Shown one piece after another: positions 23,476 to 36,530 of a stretch of DNA of 64,000 nt. The notes below the pieces were generated by a model. The model saw nothing but the letters and a program-made list of their open reading frames with translations, ran no database searches and had not been told where the DNA came from. Source of the stretch: Azolla caroliniana (Eukaryota > Plantae > Polypodiophyta). The number at the start of each line of letters is the position of its first letter. Positions within the stretch are counted from its first letter, which is position 1. The position numbers and the translations under genes are program-made. The DNA is taken from contig JBHGNT010000005.1 of assembly GCA_043228905.1 (NCBI GenBank), positions 868,001 to 932,000 on the forward strand. Direction: 5' to 3'.

Positions 23476-23805
23476 GCAGAACGTAATTTCAAAATTATTT
23501 TCAGACTCTATATACACACTATGCTAAGTAGCACTATTTATACAAGTCCTCTTGGGACTGACAGAAGTACCATGTACTTCAATGCTCACACGAGCTTCTG
23601 ACACTTACTACTAGACTATAGCTACCTAGTAGTCTATCCTATACTAGGCTTTCGATTGGACTTCCGGTTACGGATTGCACCCGGCCTCCACTGCTTGCCG
23701 GTTCGGTTGCTCACCGTCATACCGATCCGTTTCGCCCGATCCGTCTCGCTTACCGGCTCCGGCTTATTCAGCCGATCTGGCTCCGGTTGAGCTTGCCGCT
23801 CAACA
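23399..23805 (-). repeat. 5' LTR of C
   Basis: Followed directly on the minus strand by TGGTATCAGAGC. Confidence 0.95.
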
Positions 23806-23869
23806 GTACACTTGTGGGGTTTTCCGGAAGTGTCCGGACTATCGCGGCCCCACGCCTTGATAGCCCTCT

Positions 23870-25995
23870 CTAAAAATCCTCTCGGCTTTCGCCCCCGAGG
23901 ATCTCGCGGTTCCGCTCATGGTTTGGTCTCACCGTCAGGAACTGGACCGAGCGACGCCCATCCTGGCTCTTGACCCTTGCATAGGCCGAGCCGTTCTCCA
24001 ACACCTTGGTCTCCATCCGTGTTGCCGTGATGTACGGTTCTCCTAGTATAACCGGATGTGAGGACGTCTCCTGCACGAAGAAGTGCTGGTCAATCTCGAC
24101 ATCGCCGATCTTTACTCGTACATTCGGGCAGGCTCCATGCAGTTCTTCGGTGGCATGCGTCGTTGCCCGTATTTTCCACCCGTGCTTGGTGTTGTTCGAC
24201 CATTTCCCCTTCTTGTAGAAGTCCATGGACATCAGATTGATTTCTGAACCGTGGTCCACCAACGCCACCATTGGTTCATGAACATCTCCGATCTTCACGG
24301 GGGTCTCCGTGGTCGCTCTGGCCCAGTGCGGCCTCGAATAGTGGCTCTCCGCCAACTCGTCTTCCAGTGCCATGTCCTCTATGTGCGTCGTTCGCACCTC
24401 CACTGGCTTCTCTGGTTCTGTCTCTGTCGACAGCCTCTTCCTCTTCACCAAGTCTACGATGGAGTCGTGGAACTCTTTCTTGGCGATCCCAAGCACTTCC
24501 CTCAGCGACATTTCCACCTTGTTGTCGAGGATTCGTTCTTCTAGGACCTTTCGCAGGTCCGTGGTCCTTTCAATTTCTGTGCCCAGCTGGTACCCGCCCC
24601 TCTTGGGATTATCCTGGGCGCCGGTTACGCCGGCCTCATTTCGCCTTTGCCCGAATCGAGTTTCATATCGTTGCGAGGGCCCGACCCCTCTAGTTTTCCC
24701 TACCCGCTTGTCCTCCACCAGAGCCTCGTAGTTTTGACAAGCGGCTTCGACGAAGCCCGTCTTTTCTTCCACCGGGTCATTCCACCCGGTTACCTCCCAG
24801 ACCCATTTTTCCGCACGGTCCGCCTCTTCTTTCCTTAGTCGTGCGGCGGCAAGGCCTTCTAGCATTGTCGGCCAGAACCCGGCTTTGTTTGTCTTCGGGG
24901 CCTCGCCACCTCCGACCCGAATACCAGCTGACGCCGAGTAGTGGACGGTCTCCACGTGACGAGCCGCCGCCTCCTCCATCAGCCTTTTCATACCCCCTCG
25001 CCTGACGTTCAGGTTCTGGGCCCTTCGGGTCTTGCTGGCGTGCACCCGACCGTTCCACAGGTACACCACGTTGCTTCTCATCGCCTCGGCGAAGTCCCTG
25101 CAGTCCTTCCGGATGTGGCCAATCGCGTCACACCACATGCACCTGTTTTCAGTCAGAGGTCGTCGGTCACGGGCCTGTTCTCCACCATCCTTCCGTGCCT
25201 AGGCGATCTGGAGATCCTTTACCATCCACGTCAGTTCCTCTAGAGCTGCTCCCTCGATCGAGCCCTTGACCATGCCGGTCGAAGCCGATCCGGTCTCGAG
25301 CCAATCTCGGGTCTCTTCCCTTCGCGTTGGTGGTGTTGGCTCGAGCTTCCTTGCTACGACAGAGCCCGCCCATGTCGATCCTTTGTCAACCCATTCCCGC
25401 TGTTTGTCGAAACGACCACAAACCCTCTTCACCACGGCCCAATCGGCCGTCAGCCCGTCATCAGTCTCCAACAGGAGCCCTACTTGCTCCCGATCCCGCT
25501 CGTCAACTGACTTAACAAACAATAGGACACGACTTCTGTCTAGAATGGTCCGGTCAAGCACCGAGAGGCGCGCAAAGCGTTCCTCAAACTCCCGGAGGAG
25601 CACCGACGCGTTGCTTCCTTTGTCGGGGGTCTCCACCCACTCCATGAAGTCCCACTTCGAAAGTCGAAGCGCATCTTCAAGCCCTTATTTTTCGAGGAGC
25701 CGACCTTCGAACTCCTCCCAGGTCCAGCTCTCGGCCCGTACCTCGAGCACCTCCGTATGGATGTCCGGCATTGCCACTCGAGGGAATCCGACAAGACGCC
25801 TCTCTTCCGGAATGTCCCTCAATACCATCTCAGCCCGGTAGGACGCCAAGTAGCTCGTGGCATCCTTCCCACTAAACCGGCTGATCATACCGACAACCGC
25901 CTTGATAGCCCTATCAAGGGCGCCGTGCCTTCGCGCGCACTCACTATATGGTCCACAGCCGAAGCCATGGCTTCTGCAAGGTCTGACCCCCTCAT
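23870..25995 (-). pseudogene. gag: gag-protease of B
   Basis: Homologous to 819-2945. Ends EDF-TAG with the frameshift signal at 23814-23879. Confidence 0.9.
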
Positions 25996-26016
25996 CTTCT
26001 ACTCCTCTGCCGCCTG

Positions 26017-26034
26017 TTCACGTCGGGTTCACCA
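26017..26034 (-). promoter_or_regulatory. tRNA-Trp PBS of B
   Basis: Same 18-mer as 779-796. Confidence 0.9.
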
Positions 26035-26038
26035 AAGA

Positions 26039-26724
26039 TGTCACGTTGCTACGCGCGTGCGTGGAAAACAAGGCGGGACCACCGGGGTCTTGGACCGAGG
26101 AATAGGTGAGAAAAGGGAGAGAGAGAGAGACACTCACACACGTATAGACAAAGAAGCGCACGGGGACGCATCCCAACAACACAGGAGACACGAGTTGAGA
26201 ACACTAGCGTATGTATATAAATATGTGTATGTATTTGTATGTATGCAGACGACTCGAACGGTTACAGCCGATCAGGTCGGCGAGATGGATGCCGGCGCCT
26301 GATCACCCACACACGCAGGGGAGCAAGATGGAGATTCTGCTGGAAGCACACGAGCGTTCCACGGAGCAGATTTAGCCTCCTGAGAACCTGCGCAAAAGAA
26401 ATCTATGGAGAACGACAAAGAAGAAGAGCTCGGTCCCAGTCCGACAGCACTTTGTCCCCTCTAGCGCGCGATTCTCTCCTTCTCTCCCCGTCTCCCTCTC
26501 TTTTATAGCTCAAGGAGGGAGGCCGTTTCACCCGTTTACATCACATTAATTCTTTGTCCTTTTGGACAGAGATACTCCTCGATTTCTCCTATAGAATATT
26601 GCTACCTAGGGTTTGACTTTCGTACCTACCTATCTACTATACAACAAGGGACGTGCCCACGTGTAAGGGCCAATTCACACACGCTATACACGGTTTGCGC
26701 CTGGGGACGGTTTTCTTCACGACA
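26039..26724 (-). repeat. 5' LTR of B
   Basis: Matches 8325-9052. Confidence 0.95.
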
Positions 26725-28373
26725 CCGTGGAATCTCAAACTGATTCCGGTACCGAGAGCTCACATTCCGAAGTTGATGGAGCTTCTAAAGCAAAAGGTGG
26801 AGATGGGCATCCTCAAATCGTCGAGTGCCCCATATTCGAGTCGGTGGTTTACGGTGCCGAAGAAGAATGGCACGCTGCGCTTCATTAAGGACCTGCAACC
26901 GGTCAACAGGGTGAACATCCGTAATGCAGGAATCGGACCGACCGTAGAGGAGTTCGCAGAGGCCTTCGCTGGAAGGTCGATCTATTCGGTTGGTGACTTA
27001 TACTCGGGGTACGACCAATTCCAGCTAGCCGTGGAGAGTAGGGATATCACGACGATGCGAACTCCTCTCAGCCTAGTACGGATGTGTACCCTACCACAAG
27101 GCGGGACGAATTCGGTGGTGCATATGGTGAACGCAATGAACAAGGTGCTGAGGGATTGCATCCCGGACATCACCATGCCATTCTTGGATGACATCCCGAT
27201 AAAGGGGTGTCTGGTGGAAGATGCGGACGAGACTGTCACGAGAGTCCCTGGGCCAGGCACTGTGGAACGTGGGCCACATTTGAGAAACTGAAGGAGAAGT
27301 ACTGGTGGCCGGGGCTGTACCGGGACGTGCATCGGTTCATAACGACTTGCAAAAGCTGTCAGATGCACTCCGTAGTCCGACATTGGGACGAGCTACACCC
27401 GGCCTACCCGCCTACGGTCTATTTCAAGTGGATGTTGGACTTGGTGACGATGCCGATGGGAGCAGGGCAGATGCGATACCTGGTGCTTGCACGAGAAGAC
27501 TTAACGAACTAGGTGGAAGGCCGTGCACTACAGAACAAGACAACCGCGGTGGTATGCCGGTTCCTGATCGAAGAGGTAGTGTGTCGGTACGGGTGCGTCG
27601 GGAGGATCGTGGCGGACCGGGGAGAGCTGGATGTGCAGGAAGCTGAGGAGCTGTTCGACTGGCTAGGGGTCAAACTCTCCCTCACTACGACGTACAATCC
27701 GGAGGCGAACGGGAAGGTAGAACGTGGGCACGAGCCGATTGTAAAGGCGTTGGTGCGTGCATACGAAGGGCAGGTCGGGAATTGGCCGCGGCTCCTTCCT
27801 TACGCACTATGGGCGGACCAAACTACGCACAGTTCGATGACAGGGTTTATGCCGGCAGAGCTGATGTATGGACAGAAGCCGATCATGCCGGTGGAACAGA
27901 TAGTTTCTTCCTGGGCGGCGCTAGATTGGAAGGACGAGATGAGCCGGGAGGAGTTGCTGGTGACGCGGATTCGGCAACTCGAGCGGAGGCCGGAGGACAT
28001 GAAACGGGCGAAGGAAAAGTTGCAGGCGGCAAGGGAGCGGAACAAGACCCAGTTCAACCGGACGCATCGGTTGCGACCAAAGAAGGTCGAGGAAGGTGAC
28101 TTGGTCTTAGTATACAACAACAGCCTCGACAATCAGCACAAGGCGGTGCGAAAGTTCGCTAGGAGATGGTTCGGGCCCTACACGGTGATGAGCGTGAACG
28201 ACAACGGCACGTACCACCTCGCGGAACTCGACGGGACACGGTTAGCGGTACCGGTGGCCGGGAAGCGGATCAAAGCGTTCAAGAAGCGGTTTGAAGATGA
28301 GCCAGAGCCGGCGAGCGAGAGTGACGACGACGATCGGTTCGGGCCCGGCGAAGAATCGGAGAGCGACGAGTGA
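26725..28373 (+). pseudogene. pol: RT and integrase of H with a deletion of about 1.1 kb near 27238 (RT C-terminus and RNase H lost)
   Basis: PFLDDIPIKGC runs almost directly into HESPWA of the integrase zinc-binding region when compared with A. Confidence 0.9.
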
Positions 28374-28442
28374 AGCCAGTTTTCCTCGATATTTACCTGT
28401 CTCTGGCGCATGCCGGTGGATGCGCGGTTTGGTGGGGGTGGA

Positions 28443-29117
28443 TGTCGTGAAGAAAACTGGCCATAGGCGGAATTAGAGAAAAAGGCGCAGGAACCGGCTC
28501 TTACGTGGGTGGACGCGAGAATTGATATTTTGTGCATAATTCATAATTAGGTCGGCTGATGTAAATACTAGGTAGTACACATTTATTAGGGGATTTGTGC
28601 ATATCTCTGTCGAAAGGGACAGGGAATAAAGCGATTTGACTAGGGAAGGAGGGTCTCCCCTTGGCGAACTACTTAAGGAGGGAGAGAAGGAAGAAAAGGT
28701 ATCGCGCATTGGCGAGGATGAAGTGTTGCTGCAGAACCGAGGGCCGAGCTCTCTCTCCTCCGATCGTCGTTCTCTGTGGGTGTCGGGAGTTCGCTTCCTC
28801 TGCTTCGTGGGGAGTCCGTGTGCTTCCAACAGAGGCTCTCTCTCTCTCTCTCTCTCTCCCCCCCCCCCCCCTTTTTGTTTCTTCGAGTCGAGTGGTTGTC
28901 GTCTATGAGCGTGAGTAGGACCCCGTGTCAGGTCCATTACCGGTTTGCCGGTTGTAAGTGTTCGAGTTGTAAGCTACTGATTATAGTAATTAGATTCCTG
29001 TTTCTTGCTCTTATTTTCTTTCTGTGTATCTGCAACTCTCTCTCTATCACTCTCTCCTTGGTCCAAGACCCCCGTGATCCCGCCTCTTCCTACACGCGAA
29101 CGCGAAACTTCGCGACA
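28443..29117 (+). repeat. 3' LTR of H
   Basis: TGTCGTGAAGAAAAC...CGCGACA after the PPT; followed by CCGT and copia sequence. Confidence 0.9.
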
Positions 29118-29836
29118 CCGTCACCGCTTCCCTCTGAGTCGGACTCACGTCGGTCTGACCCGTTCCTATCCGTGCCGGAATCCGGCACCTTCTTCTTCCC
29201 TTTCTCTTTGCGCGTAAGCTATCTCCTCGGCTTCTTGCGCGGGGAATGCACGACCGAGTCTCCACTACTCGCCGACTCTTCATCGGACTGGTTGAACCGA
29301 CTCAGTCGTCCATTCGGTCCACTTAACCGAAACGAAATCGGACTCTCTTTGCGGGTCCCGATTTCAGGCTCAACCGGAGGCATCTCGGCCTCGCTGACCT
29401 CATCGTCAGATCTCGGATTGGAGGTGAGGTCCGGAGTCGGAGGCAAGTACCAGGATGCAGACTCATCAAACACAACGTCGCGACTCACGCGCACTTGTTT
29501 GGTACGCGGGTTATAGCACTTATAACCCTTCTGCTCATTCGAATAGCCAACCAAGATACACTTCTCGGCTTCTGCGCCAACTTCTTCCTTTTCTCCTTCG
29601 GCACATGTACATACACAATGCTACCGAAAACTCGTAAGTGTCGCAAGTTCGGCTTCGTTCCGAAGTATAGCTTGTGCACCAACACTTTGTCTACCGATCC
29701 AGTTCTGGATGTATACCGCGGTCCTTACCGCCTCGGCCTAGTAGAACTTGAGCAAGCTCTTCTCCTCTAGCATTGCCCGTGCCGCTTCCACAATCGACCG
29801 ATTTTTCCTCTTTGCCACGCCGTTTTGCTTCGGCGT

Positions 29837-32800
29837 TGTCGCGTTGTTACGCGCGTGCGTGGAGAAACGAGGCGGGACCACCGGGGTCTTGAACCGAAGA
29901 GTAGGTGATAGGAGGGGAAAGAGAAAGAGAAAGACGACCGGTAACGTATGAGCAAAGAAACACAGGGATACGGCCCGTCAACGCAGAAAACACGAATGGA
30001 CACAGAGACGGAGAGACACGAATGTTTGTATATTAACAAATGACACAAAACAACAGAGCACACGAGCGGTTACAACCAACCAGGCCGGCGAACAGATGCC
30101 GATGCGTGTTCGTTTACGCACGAAAGGGGATAGGATGGAGGTGCTGCCGGAAGCACACGGGCGTTCCTCGAAGCAGCGCGAGCCTCCCGAAATCCTGCAG
30201 AGAAGAGCGAGGGAGAATGAACAGAGTAGAAGCGTTCGGTTACGGTTCGACAACACTTCGTCCTCCTCAATGCGCGATCCCCTTCTCCCCTGCGTCTCCC
30301 TCTTCTTTATAGCGTCTAGAAGGGAGCCGTCTCCCTCATTTACCTCCTACTTACCGAATCTAACTACCCAGGATATACCTATGTACCTAATCCCCTATTA
30401 TATACATTAAGGGCGCCTACACACGAAGAGTCGGTTCACGCGCGCTATGCATCGATTGCGCTAAGGGACGGTTTTCTTCACGACATCCGCCCCCACCTAA
30501 CCGCGCATCCACCGGTATGCGCCAAAATTGGGTTCTGGTTGGAGAAAACCGGTCCGGGTTCCGGTTCTTCGTCCATCGGTTCGTCCTCCACTTCGGACTG
30601 TTCGTCGTCGCTGTCCAGGCCTCTTAGTTCCGGTTCGCCGTCGTGGCGCTTCTTGAACGCTTTGATCCGCTTCCCTGCTACCGGTATCGTCATCCTCGTA
30701 CTGTCGAGTTCCGCCAGGTGATATGTCCCGTTGTCATTGGCGCTCGTTACCACGTAAGGCCCGAACCACCGCTTCGCAAACTTCCGTGTTGCTCGGTGCT
30801 GGTTGTCGAGGCTGCTGTCTTAGACTAGCACCCAGTCGCCTTCCTCGATTTTCTTTGGTCGGAGCCGGTGCGTTCGGTCGAACCGGGCTTTGTTCTTCAT
30901 CCTCGCCGTCCGAAGTCTCTCCGCCGCTCGTTCCACGTCCTCTGGCCTCCGCTCGAGCTGCCGTATACGCGCCGCTAGCAGTTCTTCCCGACCCATCTCG
31001 TCTCTCCAGTCTACTGTCGCCCAAGAGGAGATCGTCTGTTCCATCGGCATGATCGGCTTTTGTCCGAACATGAGCTCTGACGGCATGAACCCGGTTACCG
31101 AACTGTGTGTTGTCCGGTCCGCCCACAAGGCATAGGGTAACAGTCGTGGCCAGTTCCCGACCTGGCCTTCGCACGCCCGAACTAGCGCTTTGACGATCGG
31201 CCCGTGTCCGCGCTCCACCTTCCCGTTCTCCTCCGGATTGTACGCTGTGGTGAGCGAGAGCTTGACCCCTAACCGGTCGAACAACTCCTCGGCCTCTTCG
31301 GCGTCCAACTCCCCGCGGTCAGCCACGATCTTCCTGACGCACCCGTACCGGCATATCACGTCCTCGATCAGGAACCGACACACGGCCGCGGTCGTTTTGT
31401 TCTGCAGGGCTCGGCCTTCCACCTGGTTCGTCAAGTCCTCCCGGGCCAGCACCAAATATCGCATCTGCCCTACGCCCATCGGCATCGTCACCAAATCTAC
31501 CATCCAGTTGAAGTGGATGGCCGGAGGGTATGTAGGGTGAAGCTCGTCCCGATGTCGGACTATGGAGTGTATCTGATAGCTCTCACAAGTCGTCACGAAC
31601 CGATGCACGTCCTGGTACAGTCCCGGCCACCAGTACTTCCCCTTTAGTTTCTCGAACGTGACCCACGTCCCACGGTGTCCAACCCAGGGGCTGTCGTGGT
31701 AGGCCTTCAACAACTCCTCTTGTTCCTCCTTCATTGCCACTACTCGGAGCGGGATGCCGTTTCTCTTCTTCGGGTGCTTCCACAAGTATCCGTCCCGGAG
31801 AAAGAATCGGTACGCTTTCTTCCGGATCCGGTTGGCCTCGTCCTTTGTCTATGACGCGTCCGGCGTCATCGTCCTTAAGAATCCTCCAATCTGCAGCCAC
31901 TCCCCATCGTACTTGCTCTCGTTAAAATCGTTAAGTGCTGGAGTGCTCCCCCCCTCGGTTGTTACGTGAGCCGCCTCGAAGAAGTCCACGCCGGCTTCCT
32001 CGTCCTCCGAAACCATGCCGCCCTCGTCGTCGAATCGCGCCCTCGAAAGCATGTCGGCCATGGCATTGTGTTTCCCGGAAATGTATCGTATTTCCGGATC
32101 CAGGGACTTGATGTACGCTATCCACCTGAGCATTGCCAGTTCCGGGGTTGCGCATCCGGAAACCATGCCGAAAATCGGCAGGAAGTCCGTCTCGATAATC
32201 ACCTCTGTCCCGATCAGATAGTCTTTATCGGCCTTCACCGCCGAAACGATACCCCAGAGTTCGCGTTTAACCTGGGCGTATCCTCGCTGTCGCTCGCTGA
32301 GGACCTTCGCACCGAACCGGATTGGGAACCGGATTGGGAACCGAATGCCGTCCTCATTTTCTTGGTTGACAAGCCATCCGATCCCGGTCGGACTCGTATC
32401 TACCGTTATGTAGACGGGAGTGCCTTTCTCGTAGACAGCCTTCCGGAGTGCCGGAGCTGCAGCAAGAGCCTCCTTCATCTTTCGGACGGACTCCGTATGC
32501 TCGTCTCGCCACTCGAATTTTCGCCCCTTTTTCAGCAACCCGTATAGCGGCTCGGCAACGTGGGCGTAATGCGGGATCCATATGTGGTAGAACACGCATG
32601 CTCCCAAGAACCTCCGTACCTCCGTGACTGAGTTATAGTCGGGCTTCATTGCGGAGATGGCTTCCACCTTATCCGGAGACGGTTTCCGACCATACGGTCC
32701 GCATAGATGTCCGACGACCATGATCTCTGATTGCCCGAAGGCCGATTTCTCCCCGGAGAAGGTGAGCCTCGCGTCCTCTAGCCTCTGCAGCACCCTCTCG

Positions 32801-35800
32801 CAATCGTCAATGTGTGTCACCACGAATTTCCGGCATCCGTCCGGTCTGATCGTTTCGTCCTTTTTCTCCACCGGACATCCCTTGATCGGGAAGTCGTCCA
32901 AGAATGGCATGGTGATGTCCGGGATACAATCCCTCAGCACCTTGTTCATCGCATTCACCATGTGGGCCACCAAGTTCGTCCCTCCTTGTGGCAGGGTACA
33001 CATCCGCACTAGGCCGAGAGGAGTCTGCATCGTCGTAATGTCTCTGCTCTCCACGGCTAGTTGGAACTGATCGTACCCCGAGTACAGATCACCGACCGAG
33101 TAGATCGACCTTCCGGCGAAGGCCTCTGCGAACTCGTCTATCGTTGGTTCGATTCCTGCGTTCCGAATGGTCACTCTGTTGACCGGTTGCAGGTCTTGAA
33201 TGAAGCGCAACGTCCCGTTCTTCTTCGGTACGGTAAACCACCGGTTCGAGTACGGGGCACTCGACGGTTCGAGGATGCCCATATCGACTTTCTGCCTCAA
33301 CAGCTCCATCAGCTCCATCAGCTCCGGGATGTGAGCTCTTGGTACCGTAATTGGTTTGAGATTCCACGGCACATGCGGTACCGTGAATATCACCATCGGC
33401 TTTACGACTGTCGGGTCTACGCACCCGATTTCTTCCGATGAGAATGCGAAGGCTTTCTTGTGCCTTCCGAGCATTTTCCGAAACCGGTCTTCTTCCGCCG
33501 GCAGTAGGAACCCGCCCCCACCGATTTTGAGCTCCCGTAGCGTTCTGTCAGTGAAGGTGTGTCCTATGCAGGCCGGATCACGTAAACTGGGGTCTGACGC
33601 AACCCCCTTTATTCGCAACTCGCTGCCCTCCAGTAAGGGTGCCGCGACTGGCCTTACCTTCCGGTCCACAGTCTTGTACTTCGTGTTAACCCGGGCCGTC
33701 CGATCCGACTCGAGCCCTCGATTGAAGTCCACGATGACTTTATACATCTCTTTTGAACAAACCGGTATCGTCCAGTCCTCTTTAAGGCCCTCTCTGACCA
33801 CCTCTCGCAGTATTCCCAAGGTATCGTCGAAGGAGACCGCCTCCACGGCTCCGTTGATTTCCTCGCTGGGCCCGAGAACTCCGCACACCCGAAGTCGCTC
33901 TTCCGCCCTTGTCTTTTCTCGGCCTACAACGCCGACTATCGTACACCCTCCGTTGTCGGAGAAACAAAACTTCCTACTTATGGTACAAGGTTTCTTCGGT
34001 TTCGCCTCTATCGTACATTTGTGGGGTTTTCCCGGAGTGTCCGGACTGTCGCGGCCCCACGCCTTGACAACCCTCTCTAAAAATCCTCTCGGTTCTCGCC
34101 ACCGAGGGACTCGCGGTTTCGCTCGTGGTTCGGTCGCACCGTCAGGAACTGGACCGAATGACGCCCGTCCTGACTCTTGGCCCTCGCGTAAGCCGACCCG
34201 TTGTCCAGCACCTTGGCCTCCATCCGCGCTGCCGTAATGTACGGTTCTCCCAGTATGACCAAGTGCGAGGACGTCTCCTGCACAAAGAAGTGTTGATCTA
34301 TCTCGACGTCGCCGATCTTGACTCGCACGTTTGGGAAGGCCTCGTGTAGTTCCTCGGTGGCGCGCGTCCCCGCCCGTATCTTCCACCCGTGCTTAGTGTT
34401 GATCGGCCATTTCCCCTTCTTGTAGAAGTCCATGGACATCAGGTTTATTTCAGAACCGTGGTCCACCAGCGCCACCACCGGTCCTTGAACATCTCCGATC
34501 TTCACCGGGGTTTCCGTGGTCGCTCGGGCCTAGTGTGGCCTCGAATAGTGGCTCTCCGCCCACTCGTCTTCCAGCGCCATGTCCTCTATGTGCGCCGTCC
34601 GCACCTCCACCGGCCTTTCCGGTTCTGCCTCCGTTGATAGCCTCTTCCTCTTCACCAAGTCCACGATGGAGTCGTGGAACTCCTTCTTGGCGATTCCGAG
34701 CACCTCTCGCAACGACAGTTACACTTTGCTGTCGAGGATTCGTTCTTCCAGGACCTTTCGTAGGTCCGTGGTCCTTTCGATCTCCATGCCCAAATGGTAT
34801 CTTCCCTTCTTATGGTTATCCCGGGCACTGGACTCACTGGCCTCGTTCCGTTTCGGCCCGAATCGGGTTTCGTATCTCTGTGAGGGTCCTGCCCCTCCGG
34901 TTTTACCTACCCGTTTGTCTTCAACCAGAGTCTCGTAGTTTTGGCAAGCTGCTTCTACGAAACCCGTCTTTTCTTCGACCAGGTCACTCCACCCGGTTAC
35001 CCCCTGGACCCGCTTCTCCGCGCGGTCCCCCCCGTCTTTCTTTAGTCGGGCACCGGCGAGGCCTTCCAGCACCGTCGGCCAGAACCCGGCTTTGCTCTCC
35101 TTCCGGGCCTCGTTGCCTCCGACCCGAATACCAGCTGACGTTGAGTAGTGGACGGTCTCCGCGTGCCGGGCCGCCGCCTCTTCCATCAGCCTTTTCATTC
35201 CTCCTCGCCCGTCGTTTCGGTTCAGCGCCCTCCGGGTATCGCTGGCGTGCACCCGACCTTCCCACAGGTACACTACCCGGCTTCTCAAAGCCTCCGCAAA
35301 GTCCCCGCAGTCTTTCCGGATGTGGCCAACCTCGTTGCACCACATGCACCTATTTCCTGCCGGAGGCCGTTGGTCACGAGCCTGTTCGCCACCTTCCCTC
35401 CGAGCTTGGGCGATCTGGAGATCCTTTACCGCCCGTGTCAACTCCTCCAAAGCTGTTCCCCCAGACGAGCCTCTGACCACGCCGGTCAAAGCCGAACCGG
35501 TTTCGGGCCACTCCCGGGTCTCTTTCCTTCGCGCTTGCAGTATCGGTTCGAGCTTCCTTGGTGCGAGAGGACCCGTCCCGGTCGCCCTTGTATCAGCCCA
35601 CTCCCACCGTTTGTCAAAACGGCCGCAGACTCTTTTTACCGCGGCCCAGTCGGCCGTCAGCCCGTCTTCGGTTTCCAGTAAGGAGCCCACTTGCTCCTGA
35701 TCCCGTGCGTCAACCGATTTGACAAACAGTAGGACATGACTTGTGTCCAAAACGGTCCGATCGAGCGCCGAAAGGCGCGCAAAGCAATCCTCAAACTCTG

Positions 35801-36530
35801 GAGGAGTGCCGACACATTTCTTCCTTTGTTGGGGGATTCCACCCACTCCATGAAGCCCCGCTTTGAAAGTCGAAGCGCGTCATCCACCGGGGGAGAAACG
35901 TGCGTGAAGAAACGAGGCGGGACCACCGGGGTCTTGAACCGAAGAGTAGGTGATAGGAGGGGAAAGAGAAAGAGAAAGACAACCGGTAACGTATGAGCAA
36001 AGAAACACAGGGACACGGCCCGTCAACGCAGAAAACACGAATGGACACAGAGACAGAGAGACACGAATGTTTGTATATTAACAAATGACACAAAACAACA
36101 GAGCACACGAGCGGTTACAACCAACCAGGCCGGCGAACAGATGTCGATGCCTGTTTGTCTGCGCACTAAAGGGGATAGGATGGAGGTGCTGCCGGAAGCA
36201 CACAGGCGTTCCTCGAAGCAGCGCGAGCCTCCCGAAATCCTGCAGAGAAGAGCGATGGAGAATGAACAGAGGAGAAGCGTTCGGTTACGGTTCGACCGCA
36301 CTTCGTCCTCCTCAATGCGTGATCCCCTTCTCCCCTGCGTCTCCCTCTTCTTTATAGCGTCCAGAAGGGAGCCGTCTCCCTCATTTACTTCCTACCTACC
36401 GAATCTAACTACCCAGGATATACCTATGTACCTAATCCCCTATTATATACATTAAGGGCGCACACACGCGAAGAGCCGGTTCACGCGCGCTATGCACTGA
36501 TTGCGCTAAGGGACGGTTTTCTTCACGACA
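29837..36530 (-). mobile_element. Ty3/gypsy element E (same family as A); U5 end, PBS and gag start deleted
   Basis: LTRs 29837-30485 and about 35899-36530, TSD GCGT, pol about 30520-34080, gag-PR 34077-35886, frameshift signal 34021-34086. Confidence 0.95.

Larger units (their letters stand above)
12555..23805 (-). mobile_element. Ty1/copia element C, interrupted by D
   Basis: LTRs 12555-12945 and 23399-23805, TSD GTACA, iMet PBS 23387-23398, PPT 12946-12956, order gag-PR-IN-RT-RH. Confidence 0.96.
8325..26724 (-). mobile_element. Ty3/gypsy element B (same family), interrupted by copia C
   Basis: LTRs 8325-9052 and 26039-26724, perfect TSD CCGT (8321-8324 and 26725-26728), Trp PBS and PPT. 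Confidence 0.96.
1..29117 (+). mobile_element. Ty3/gypsy element H (tRNA-Trp family), 5' end outside the window; own sequence at 1-118, 7173-8324 and 26725-29117
   Basis: Reading frames rejoin across the insertions (ETHY|AKPHWARAT and HVP|WNLK). RT and integrase motifs, PPT and 3' LTR are present. Confidence 0.9.

Noticed and set aside
26017-26034. tRNA-Trp gene
   Set aside because: Only the 3' 18 nt including CCA are present, next to an LTR; this is a PBS.
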